From: Verrucomicrobiota bacterium
GTDB lineage: Bacteria; Verrucomicrobiota; Verrucomicrobiia; Limisphaerales; CANJXF01
NCBI GenBank assembly: GCA_038214755.1
Contig: JBBQRQ010000003.1
Span: 32,001 to 96,000, forward strand
DNA: 64,000 nucleotides
Direction: 5' to 3'
In this document: in pieces, positions 40,486-48,971 of the stretch
How positions within the stretch are numbered: the first letter of the stretch is position 1
Layout: every line of letters begins with the position of its first letter
Notes under the pieces: generated by a model
What the model was told of the DNA's origin: nothing
The model's input: the letters and a program-made list of their open reading frames with translations, nothing else
Database searches by the model: none
Position numbers and translations under genes: made by a program

Positions 40486-41265
40486 TTACGCCGACATTTT
40501 CAAAAATTCTTTCTGCTGTTCTTCCGTGATTGTTTCGACTCCAGTCGGCCGTAAAAGTTTTATCGTCGCAAAAGTTTCCGTCGCCGGATTGACGCCGCCA
40601 GTGGCTGAGTCGAATTCCGACGCGGTCATCAAAATTCGCAACGCGAACTGCACGGCCTGGTTGAGATTCATTTCCGATGGACGCGGGTTGCCGTGACTCT
40701 CTTGAAAACTCAAAATGCTGCGAATCGTTCCTGAGCCAGAGCCGGACGCCGCGTAACCGACCGCTTGAAATTGCGCGCCGAGTGGATCGTAAAAATAAAC
40801 CTGCGGCTTGGCCGGGGAAGCAGCGTGATCGAGTCCCGCGAAAAGCGGGACCACCACTCCCACGCCCTGCATCGTCATCGGCAAGTTGTCGCGCAACAAT
40901 CTGGCCAGCGCGCGGACTTTTGCGGGAAGGCTCAGCGCCTGCAATTGGCTGCGCCGATAATATTCAAAAGAAGTTTGCAGCACGCGCGCCATTTCAAAAG
41001 CTGTCGCCGGAACGCCCGCAATCGCGAGCAACGACGTGGAATCGATCTCAATGATTTTATCAACACGGTCGGTGACGATGACATTGCCTGCCGTCGCTCG
41101 ACGGTCACCCGCCATCAAAATTCCTTCGGCGAAATGAAATGCGAAAACTGTCGTCGCTTGCGTTTGTACGGGAGCGTCGCCGGAAATTTCCGAACGAACG
41201 GGCGACAGTTTGTGCTCGGAGAGAAGCGAAAGAAAATCTCCGGCGATCGAGGCAGTGGGACTCAT
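40486..41265 (-). CDS. prcB: 20S proteasome beta subunit
   Basis: Propeptide then TTVFAF, AGDRRATAG, VDKI, YDPLG, SGSGS, DSATGG. Confidence 0.9.
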   Translation of the reverse strand: MSPTASIAGDFLSLLSEHKLSPVRSEISGDAPVQTQATTVFAFHFAEGILMAGDRRATAGNVIVTDRVDKIIEIDSTSLLAIAGVPATAFEMARVLQTSFEYYRRSQLQALSLPAKVRALARLLRDNLPMTMQGVGVVVPLFAGLDHAASPAKPQVYFYDPLGAQFQAVGYAASGSGSGTIRSILSFQESHGNPRPSEMNLNQAVQFALRILMTASEFDSATGGVNPATETFATIKLLRPTGVETITEEQQKEFLKMSA

Positions 41266-41432
41266 TGGCCGGTGCGTTGCCGATAGCGTTTGGCTTGGTC
41301 GGGATCCACTTTGCGCATTCGTTTCAAAAGTTCTTCGGTGTTGGGCTTCTCGACTTTCGGCGCACTCGGGCCATCGCCGCCACCGCTGGGGCCGGGAGTC
41401 ATCGGTCGGCTTTTTTGTGCTTGGTCGGGCAT
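41262..41432 (-). CDS. ubact: UBact (Pup-analogous protein modifier)
   Basis: 56 aa with disordered Gly/Pro N-terminus, ELLKRMRKVDPDQAKRYRQRTGQ; stop overlaps prcB start. Confidence 0.88.
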   Translation of the reverse strand: MPDQAQKSRPMTPGPSGGGDGPSAPKVEKPNTEELLKRMRKVDPDQAKRYRQRTGQ

Positions 41433-41523
41433 AATTTTTTGATTGGTGTTACGACGAATTGCTAAACCAAATTCGCAGAAAAATTTCATCTGACAAGCGG
41501 GGAAAACAGCGGCGCTCGCAGAG

Positions 41524-41972
41524 GGCGCATCTTGATACTACCACCAAAGTGATTCGATGTAGTGGGGCAGGCTTCCAGCCTGCCAAACGGGCATCTTGCC
41601 CGCGAATCCTGCTCTTGGGGCTGGAAGCCCCGCAGGCAGACAAGATGTCTGCCCCACTACTTTGGTGGTAGTGGCAAGATGCGCCGCTCGCAGACGGGAC
41701 GCATCTCACTTTCTCGCGAATTTCTTTCGTCCCGGCGGGACGTTTGAGAATAGCCCGGCGTCTCAACGCAACGTCGCCGATATAAAATTAAGAGTCCCGG
41801 AGGGACGGCTGAGATGCGGATGCACTCCTTGGGAATTGTTTTTTCAGCCGTCCCTTTGGGACTCGTTCTTTTCCCACCACGACCCGGTCCCGCGCCTGCG
41901 GGACCGGGCTATTTTCGATTGTCCCTCCGGGACAACGGCACTGGGGCACATCTTGCAAGAAACTGAGATGCG
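41524..41972. mobile_element. Two adjacent MITE-like composites (41524-41685, 41700-41972)
   Basis: ggcgcatcttgatactaccaccaaagt / actttggtggtagtggcaagatgcgcc and cgcatctcactttctcgc / gcaagaaactgagatgcg, each enclosing a different palindrome family. Confidence 0.72.
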
Positions 41973-42006
41973 CACCTCGCAGACGCCGCGAGACGGCAAG
42001 AAAATT

Positions 42007-42780
42007 TTATTTGCTGATGCCACGTTCGCTGGTGCGGACAAACTCAATGAGATGTTTGAGTTCAGGTGACATGGCCAAATTGCTTTCGATTTGCGCAAGT
42101 GCGTTGGGGGTGGTCAGGCCATCGCGGAATAAAATTTTGTAAGCTTGCTTCAGCGCGGATTGAACTTCGGCCGGAATTCCATTTCGTTCCATCCCGATTT
42201 TATTGATCGTGCGCGTTCCGGCGGGATTTCCGTCGGCCATCATGAACGGCGGAACATCCTGCACCACCTTCGAACAACCGCCGATGATCGACATTTTTCC
42301 GATGCGACAAAATTGATGAATCGCCGCCAAACCGCCGATGATCGCGTAATCTTCCACGGTCACGTGTCCGGCGAGAGTGGCGACGTTGGACATGATGACG
42401 TGATTTCCAATGGTAACGTTATGAGCGATGTGGGAATACGCTAGGATATGATTATACGAGCCGACTTTGGTGACTTCGCCATCGCCTGTGGCGCTGTTGA
42501 CGGTGACGTATTCGCGAAAAACATTCTGGTCGCCAATTTCGGTTCGAGTGATTCCGCCTTTCCATTTCAAATCCTGGGTTTTCAAACCGATGCTGGCGAA
42601 TGGAAATATTTCATTGCCGCTTCCGAGACAAGTGTGGCCGTCAATAACGACGTGGGAATGCAACCGGCAATTTTCGCCGAGAGAAACATTTTCGGCGATG
42701 ACGCAAAACGGGCCGATGAAACAGTCCGCCGCAATGCTGGCCTTGGGATGAACGATGGCAGAGGAATGAATTTCAGTCAT
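42007..42780 (-). CDS. lpxA: UDP-N-acetylglucosamine acyltransferase
   Basis: Hexapeptide repeats, QDLKWKG, REYVT, HIAH, LAGHV, HQFCRIG, QDVPPF. Confidence 0.96.
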   Translation of the reverse strand: MTEIHSSAIVHPKASIAADCFIGPFCVIAENVSLGENCRLHSHVVIDGHTCLGSGNEIFPFASIGLKTQDLKWKGGITRTEIGDQNVFREYVTVNSATGDGEVTKVGSYNHILAYSHIAHNVTIGNHVIMSNVATLAGHVTVEDYAIIGGLAAIHQFCRIGKMSIIGGCSKVVQDVPPFMMADGNPAGTRTINKIGMERNGIPAEVQSALKQAYKILFRDGLTTPNALAQIESNLAMSPELKHLIEFVRTSERGISK

Positions 42781-42932
42781 AGATCGATTGCCGAAAAATT
42801 TTCAAAAAAAGGAACGCCGATTCCCCCATCGGCTCGGCGAAACGCTCAATTGCCATGCGCCGAACTGGAGTTCGGCGTTCCGTTTGCACGACGCCATTCC
42901 AGAAATTTATTTTGGCAACTCTTCTTTCCAAA

Positions 42933-44300
42933 CTACGCGTCCATCAAAATAAAAGTCACTTCGGCCTCGCTCACCACTTCTCCATCAACCGTGCAAACAC
43001 CTTTCGCTTTCCCGATTTTTCCGCGCGATTTCGTCAGCTCGACTGAGATGGTCAACGTGTCGCCCGGTTTGACAGGCCTTCTCCATTTCACACTGTCGGC
43101 CGCCATGAAATAAGCGAGCTTACCGAAATTTTCCGCGCGCCGCATGGTGAGAATTCCCGCTGCCTGCGCCATCGCTTCGAGCTGCAGCACGCCCGGCATG
43201 ATGGGGTGATTTGGAAAATGCCCCTGAAAATACGGCTCGCCCATCGTCACGTTTTTCACGGCGACGATTTTCGTTTCCTCGATTTGCGTCACGCGATCCA
43301 CCATTAGAAACGGATAGCGATGCGGCAGGACTTTCATCACTTGATTGACGTCCATGCTCGTCGCGCTCAACGCCGCGGTCCAATCTTCTCTCGTCGGCAT
43401 GGGAACGCCTTCGGGCTTCGGCGCGGAGGGCAAGGGAGGGGGCGCGAAAGTCTGCGCGGCGACCAGCGGCTTGCGCATTTGCGCGGTGATTTGCCGGGCG
43501 AGTTCGCAATTGGCGGTGTGACTTGGTTTCACAGCCAACACGTGCCCGGTGATAGGACGACCGATCAAGGAAAGGTCTCCGATGATGTCCAAAATTTTGT
43601 GGCGAACGAATTCATCCGGATAACGCAACGGCTCGGTGGTGAGAATCGCGTCCTCGCGAATGACGACGGCATTTTCCAAACTCCCGCCTTTGATCAAACC
43701 GTTTTTGATGAGAGCTTCGATCTCCTCGAAAAAACAAAACGTGCGAGCATGAGCCAGGTCGCGTTCCCAGGTTTCCGGCGAAAGTTCGACGCTGAAAAAT
43801 TGGGAGAACCGCCCCTTTTTGTCGGCGCTGGTGCAACTGATTTTAAAACGGTCATGTGGAAAAATCGCGATGACCGATTCCTCATTCTCCAGTTCGATAG
43901 GCGTGTGAATCTGAAAAGTTTCACGTTGCGCGCCCTGCGGAACGACGCCGGCGGCGTGAATGATTTTCACGTAATCGCGCGCGCTGCCGTCGCCAACCGG
44001 CGGCTCATTCGCGTCCAGTTCAACGATGGCATTGTCAATCCCGCGACCAGCGAAGGCCGCGAGCACGTGTTCGACGGTGTGAATTTTCGCGTTGCCCTTG
44101 AAAAGCGAAGTAGAGCGGTTGGTCGTGCTGACATTTTCGATGCGCGCTTCAATTTCCGGTTTGCCTTCGAGATCGAGTCGGCGAAAGCGAATTCCGCCAT
44201 CCGGCGGCGCAGGCAAAAAAGTCATGTTGACGCGATTGCCACTGTGCAAACCGATCCCGGAAAAACTCGCGGGTTGCCGCAGGGTTTGTTGCTGTAACAC
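42933..44300 (-). CDS. lpxC-fabZ: Bifunctional LpxC deacetylase / FabZ dehydratase
   Basis: GIGLHSG, TVEHVLAA, ARTF, RHKILDIIGDL; then LPHRYPFLMVD, GHFP..PIMPGVLQLEAMAQ; GTG start inferred. Confidence 0.95.
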   Translation of the reverse strand: MLQQQTLRQPASFSGIGLHSGNRVNMTFLPAPPDGGIRFRRLDLEGKPEIEARIENVSTTNRSTSLFKGNAKIHTVEHVLAAFAGRGIDNAIVELDANEPPVGDGSARDYVKIIHAAGVVPQGAQRETFQIHTPIELENEESVIAIFPHDRFKISCTSADKKGRFSQFFSVELSPETWERDLAHARTFCFFEEIEALIKNGLIKGGSLENAVVIREDAILTTEPLRYPDEFVRHKILDIIGDLSLIGRPITGHVLAVKPSHTANCELARQITAQMRKPLVAAQTFAPPPLPSAPKPEGVPMPTREDWTAALSATSMDVNQVMKVLPHRYPFLMVDRVTQIEETKIVAVKNVTMGEPYFQGHFPNHPIMPGVLQLEAMAQAAGILTMRRAENFGKLAYFMAADSVKWRRPVKPGDTLTISVELTKSRGKIGKAKGVCTVDGEVVSEAEVTFILMDA

Positions 44301-44403
44301 TCGCGCATTAGAGCAATCGAAAAGTTCATTGGCAAGCGAGCAGTGCCCGGACTGCGGGCAAAGAAAATCCAAGCGAAGCTTGTTCGGCGGAAACGCCGAT
44401 GCG

Positions 44404-47322
44404 ATGCTTAAGCTAGTGAACTTTTTGGGATTTTTTAAAAACTGTCTGGGAATTTTCTTTCTGGCTGTTTGTCTTTCGTCATTCAATTTATATGGCGGAA
44501 TCATCCTCGTTAATTCAACCGCTCCGATGGGAGGAACCGGCCAGAGTTGGGCGACCGCGTTTTCGAAAATTCGAGAAGCGATAAATTCTTCCGCAGCCCA
44601 CGATGAGATTTGGGTTGCCGCCGGAGTTTATCAGGAAAATCTGCTTCTTCACGAAGGCATTATTCTCTTCGGCGGCTTTTCAGGAGTAGAAACAAATCGT
44701 TCAGAACGCGATTGGAATATTCATTCCACCGTCATTGATGGGCGCAATCTCGGCCCTGTGCTCAACTTGCCCTTTCACACTTCAATCCCGACTCGGCTCG
44801 ACGGCTTTGTGATTCAAAAGGGCCGCGCAGATTTTGGCGCGGGAATTTATTCTGCGGGTGGAGAATTTATCTCCGCCAATAATTTGATAATTCACAATAG
44901 CGGAGACGGAATTTTTGGCGGTGGCGGTCTGTTCGTGGATGAAACCGCGCAACTGGCAAACGGGTCTCCGATTACTTTTTTCACAAATGTCGCGAGCCAA
45001 CTTCTCCGACTCCATTCGCCTGGACTGAGCGCGGAGCGAATTCAGGTTTTCCCGACTAACTGTTACTCGCCCGAAGTGCATCGCCTGCTTCAACTCGCGG
45101 CCAACATTTACGATGCGACGACAAATCGCGGGAGCAGTTATCCCTTCTATCCGTCCGTTTTTCGTCCGCTCTTTACCAACGAAAGCGGAAATATTTTTAT
45201 TTCCGGTTATGTAGAGGCCAGCAATACCAACTTTCTCGAGAATCAATGGCTCGACGTTTCGACACCGGCAGACCGCCAACTCTTGAGCAATCCCTCCATC
45301 GCATCGAATGCGAACATCTACGGACAACCGATCACCATCGGGACGAAAAAAGGTTTTCCGAATTTCAACGAGTTTTCGATGGAAACAATTTCACAGATCA
45401 CCCGTTCATTGGAATTGCGCAAACCCACGACGAATTCAATTTCAAATGAAACCAACCAAATGTATTCGCTGATGTTCTCGAATGTGTTCGGTGTGGAAAC
45501 GTGGAATTCTTATCCGCAAATATTCGCCCGCCCTTTGGAGTTGCATGTCTCGCATAAATTCGCCGCATGGATTACCGACGAAACGGGTGCAACGATTTGG
45601 CCGACGAGTGGAGTGTGTTTCACGACTAATTTTTCCCCCGTCCCGATGATCGTTTCAAACTGGCCAGGCTTTTTTCTTTCAAGTTCAAATTCTTTCGTCC
45701 TTCCCTACTTCACGAATATTTTCACGCTTCCGCTTTCTCAATATCTAAGTGCTTCTCCGCATTTTCAGATCGCCCCATCGAGTGTTGGCTTCGAAAGATT
45801 TGTCGGTTTTCCGGTGCCCCAGTGGAAGTTGCATCTAAAAAATCGAATTCAATACTGGGCGACAGACGCGGAACGAGTCGTGGATTTTGTAAACCTGGGC
45901 GAGCAGGTAACTGAGATTGATCTAACGCGGGAATTGTTTGATCCCTTTCTCTACTCTTCGCCCGTGATTGCTGGAATGTGGGCTACCAATCGGTTAAACG
46001 GTTCTATTAATTCTGGCGTGCCGACTCTTGGCATACTTAAACAAATGGTTGTAGCTCTCGGCCAAATTGCCGTGAACGATTCGGACTGGTATTCCTTCAA
46101 TGCCACTGCCGGGCCGAATAAGGATCAAGCCATATCAGTGTTTCGGAAGTTCATGGGCTTCACACCATTTCCGCCGTATCAAAATATTCCGATGCCAACG
46201 AACCTGACGATGCAAGCGCCATTTGCTCCGACGCTAAAAATTTATCATCGCGCAAGTGTGGGAGCGAATGATCCGATCATTCATTTTCTCCTCGAGGATT
46301 TGAAAGATGAGACCCTCTCGAGCGTCACTCTCGCGATGGTCCCTCCATCTTCTCCGCAGCCCAACTCAAATCTCCGCCGTCTTAACGAACGGTATCGGCC
46401 TTACGGATTCAGTGCGGACTATTCTTACGATCCTTCATTCGAGGACGAGGGCATTCACCATTCGAGAGACTGGGATTTTCCCACCAACAATTTGTTTAAT
46501 CTGCAATGGCTTGATCGCGTGCATCGAGGAACACCGTGGCAAACCATTTACACCGGCTTCGATTCCTCTTTATTGAACAACGCCAAAATGGCCGAGTGGT
46601 TGGTTTGGTCTGGAAGCCGGGAAACCTATCCGACAAACGATTGGAAAATTGCGGAATTACTTTTGAACGAACGGGCGAATTTGGGAACGACCGTCTCAAA
46701 CGGTTCCCCCGCTTTCGTGAACAACACATTTGCGGCAAATACGGGAATCAATGGCGCGGCCGCTTCATTCGCTGGTCCGGCATCTTTTGTGAACAATATC
46801 GTCGCTGAAAATTCTTCCGGCTTATTTCGTCTTTCCACGACAAACGAAGTCATTTTTCAAACGAACTGCGTCTTCAACAACGTCCACTATAATTTTTTAA
46901 ATCTCAGCGGCGGCTCAGGAAATATTGCGGCAAGTCCGCAGTTTGTTTCGGCAGGAACCGACAACTTTCATTTGTTGGCGACTTCCCCATGCATTGATGG
47001 GGGCAGCGCTGATGCTTTTACTTCGGGTTGGCTGTTGAACGATTCCGCGCGCATGCAAGGGGCAGGAATTGATCTTGGGGCATTTGAACTCAGTTCGTTG
47101 GATAGTCCCGTGGTCACTTCCCCAACGATTTCTCCTGTGTCGAATCAATTCACATTTCAAGTAACCGGATTTACCGGCGAACGGTATGTCGTTGAAATCT
47201 CCAACGATCTGATTCAGTGGATGCCGCTTTCAACAAATGTGACCACCAATGGTTTTTTCCAGATCAATGACGCAGTGAGCGTTGCATCAAATCGTTTTTA
47301 TCGAGCCGTCCGCGCGCCTTAG
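44404..47322 (+). CDS. Large secreted protein: beta-helix-like regions with a large central domain, choice-of-anchor-Q-like and C-terminal verrucomicrobial domain
   Basis: Signal peptide; G.SWATAF..I..A..EIWVAAGVY, LFGGFSG.E; FHLLATSPCIDGG, IDLGAFE; YVVEISNDL..W..RFYRAV. Confidence 0.8.
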   Translation: MLKLVNFLGFFKNCLGIFFLAVCLSSFNLYGGIILVNSTAPMGGTGQSWATAFSKIREAINSSAAHDEIWVAAGVYQENLLLHEGIILFGGFSGVETNRSERDWNIHSTVIDGRNLGPVLNLPFHTSIPTRLDGFVIQKGRADFGAGIYSAGGEFISANNLIIHNSGDGIFGGGGLFVDETAQLANGSPITFFTNVASQLLRLHSPGLSAERIQVFPTNCYSPEVHRLLQLAANIYDATTNRGSSYPFYPSVFRPLFTNESGNIFISGYVEASNTNFLENQWLDVSTPADRQLLSNPSIASNANIYGQPITIGTKKGFPNFNEFSMETISQITRSLELRKPTTNSISNETNQMYSLMFSNVFGVETWNSYPQIFARPLELHVSHKFAAWITDETGATIWPTSGVCFTTNFSPVPMIVSNWPGFFLSSSNSFVLPYFTNIFTLPLSQYLSASPHFQIAPSSVGFERFVGFPVPQWKLHLKNRIQYWATDAERVVDFVNLGEQVTEIDLTRELFDPFLYSSPVIAGMWATNRLNGSINSGVPTLGILKQMVVALGQIAVNDSDWYSFNATAGPNKDQAISVFRKFMGFTPFPPYQNIPMPTNLTMQAPFAPTLKIYHRASVGANDPIIHFLLEDLKDETLSSVTLAMVPPSSPQPNSNLRRLNERYRPYGFSADYSYDPSFEDEGIHHSRDWDFPTNNLFNLQWLDRVHRGTPWQTIYTGFDSSLLNNAKMAEWLVWSGSRETYPTNDWKIAELLLNERANLGTTVSNGSPAFVNNTFAANTGINGAAASFAGPASFVNNIVAENSSGLFRLSTTNEVIFQTNCVFNNVHYNFLNLSGGSGNIAASPQFVSAGTDNFHLLATSPCIDGGSADAFTSGWLLNDSARMQGAGIDLGAFELSSLDSPVVTSPTISPVSNQFTFQVTGFTGERYVVEISNDLIQWMPLSTNVTTNGFFQINDAVSVASNRFYRAVRAP

Positions 47323-47409
47323 TTTGTTCCCGAATTACCCCCATTTACCCATGCGAAATTATTTTTGCTCGCCAGCTTGAGCAACTCATCACGCTTTTTT
47401 TCTCACCTC

Positions 47410-48280
47410 GCAAAGTAAATGTCCCTGTCCAACCTTGCGGTCAAACAGGGACAAAAATGGGGATGGGAGTTCGCCACTCTCTCTTTCCCGCGCTGACATT
47501 TGGCGCCAAATTGGCTGCCAGCTTCCCGACGCCATTCTCCACGGCAAGCGGAGTTTTTCTCGGCCTCATAGCAGGGCCGTCCAGCGCTTTGCAGCGTCTG
47601 AATTTTTGAGTGAGGCCTCTTGGCTCGCTTGGGCTGGCGTTTGCGGACGCCAACTCGCGAACCGGGTGAAGACACGTTTGTGATTTGCGTATCCGCGTCT
47701 TCACCATTTGCCCTGGGTCGGCCATCGCTTTTGACGATGCGTTGCCCCAGTGCCACGGGTCTGACCTCTTACCTCTCAGGTTGCCTTTCGCTCACAAGTC
47801 AGCGGCGTCGTTTTTAACACCGCCGACGTTTTGGAAGTTTGACGAGCCTTGCCTGGGCTTCGTTTCCTTGCCGGTGCGCGCGCTCATTTTGTTGCGTCTT
47901 TCGACGTTTTTCGTTTGGCAGATTTTGTTTTGCAAAACCGCCAGAGTCGCTCGCTCCGTGCTGGCGCACAGTAGCAACCGTTTACCCTCCGGGTAACTGC
48001 GATTCGCTCAAACTCGAAACGGGTTTGAACTACTTGACTCGGCTCGAAACGGTTTCTAATCGCCTCTCGCCGCTCAGTTCCTTCTTCGCGTTACTGGCAC
48101 GCGCGAACGTGTCAGAGGAACTGGTGAATCCTGCCTCCATTTTTGAATCTTGCGATTCGAACCTGGAGGGGTTGAGCCAACCAGCCTGACTCGACCTTTC
48201 CCCGGTCGCCCGGGATTATCCTTGAGACGCCTTGCAATTTCTTTCGTTCTCACCGGCCATCTCAGCTCTTTCAATGAACT
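47410..48280 (-). ncRNA. Candidate large (~870 nt) structured non-coding RNA of unknown family
   Basis: No credible ORF; more than 15 consecutive hairpins; GCAA/GAAA loops and G-U pairs mostly favour the minus strand; A-rich linkers; promoter-like motif upstream and terminator downstream. Confidence 0.7.
47411..47453 (-). terminator. Terminal hairpin / intrinsic terminator of the candidate RNA
   Basis: UGUCCCUGUUUGACC-GCAA-GGUUGGACAGGGACA (15 bp, 3 G-U) followed by UUUACUUU. Confidence 0.7.
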
Positions 48281-48314
48281 GCGAACATCCTAATGAATTT
48301 TTAAAATATTTCTA
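48269..48314 (-). promoter_or_regulatory. Putative sigma70-type promoter followed by boxA-like motif
   Basis: TAGAAA-16 nt-TAGGAT in an AT-rich context, then GTTCATTGAAA. Confidence 0.4.
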
Positions 48315-48563
48315 CGAATTCTTATGCACAGGCTTATTCGCTGAATCGTTTCGACGGAGGATTTGAAAACGACTGAAGCGTCGAGGAGGAAGAGCGCACA
48401 AACCGTTTTAAATTTTTGTTATTCACCAAAAAAATCTTCGGGATTTACCGAGGGTGAATAAGTTTTTTTGCGGAGAGAATTACTTTTCAAAGTTTTTTCG
48501 GCCACAACCTCTTTGTAGCTGCGTCTCGTAAGAGCGCGGATTAAACCAATCGCCATTTCTTAA

Positions 48564-48814
48564 CCGTAACTATTCAGCGGAGAAAGTTGCTCGCCCTCAC
48601 CCTACCCTCTCCCCCGAGGAGAGGGAATAGTATCAGCGTTTCTCGAAAGTTAGAAAGCTCGAGGTGTCATTGCCGCCTCTTCATCAATCGACGAAAAACG
48701 GACAGAAGAATCCGGTGACTTCGTTTTTACATAAGCGCGGCAAACGTTTCTCCCTCTCCTCGGAGGAGAGGGCCGGGGTGAGGTCGAGCGTTTCTTTTTT
48801 ACTGAATGGTTCGG
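48564..48814. mobile_element. MITE-like composite with CCCTCACCC..CCCTCTCC REP-like core
   Basis: Outer ccgtaactattcag / ctgaatggttcgg; inner ccctcaccctaccctctcc / ggagagggccggggtgagg. Confidence 0.65.
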
Positions 48815-48856
48815 GCTTCAAGCGGGTGACGCTGCAATTCAGTAAACGCCTCTTTT

Positions 48857-48935
48857 CAACGCAGAGGTCGCAAAGGTTCTCGCAGAGGAGCGCAGAGAAA
48901 CAACCTTTGCGTCCTCTGCGACAACCTCTGTGCCC
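48857..48935. repeat. CGCAGAG/CTCTGCG short-repeat inverted cluster
   Basis: cgcagaggtcgcaaaggttctcgcagaggagcgcagag ... ctttgcgtcctctgcgacaacctctgtg. Confidence 0.65.
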
Positions 48936-48971
48936 GCTGCCTTGAAACCGGTTGGAAACACACGACTGCGC

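Noticed and set aside
37862..40490. Short tandem repeats (ttggatNN at 37862-37901; atttacg at 40290; acgattca at 40465-40487) as phase-variation switches
   Set aside because: They are intergenic and mostly degenerate, and belong to the hepta/octamer repeat background seen throughout the window; nothing links them to a promoter or reading frame.
42933..44300. lpxC-fabZ fusion as a novelty
   Set aside because: A known arrangement in several phyla including Bacteroidota and Verrucomicrobiota.
47403..48274. Short ORFs across the structured region
   Set aside because: Overlapping 61-117 aa frames on both strands with no motifs or clear RBS; the structural signal explains the sequence better.
47410..48280. 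Identification of the structured region as RNase P RNA, tmRNA, rRNA or a group I/II intron
   Set aside because: No GAGGAAAGUCC P4 signature, no tRNA-like ends, no recognisable rRNA conserved blocks, no domain V or interrupted host gene seen by eye. An Rfam search is still needed.
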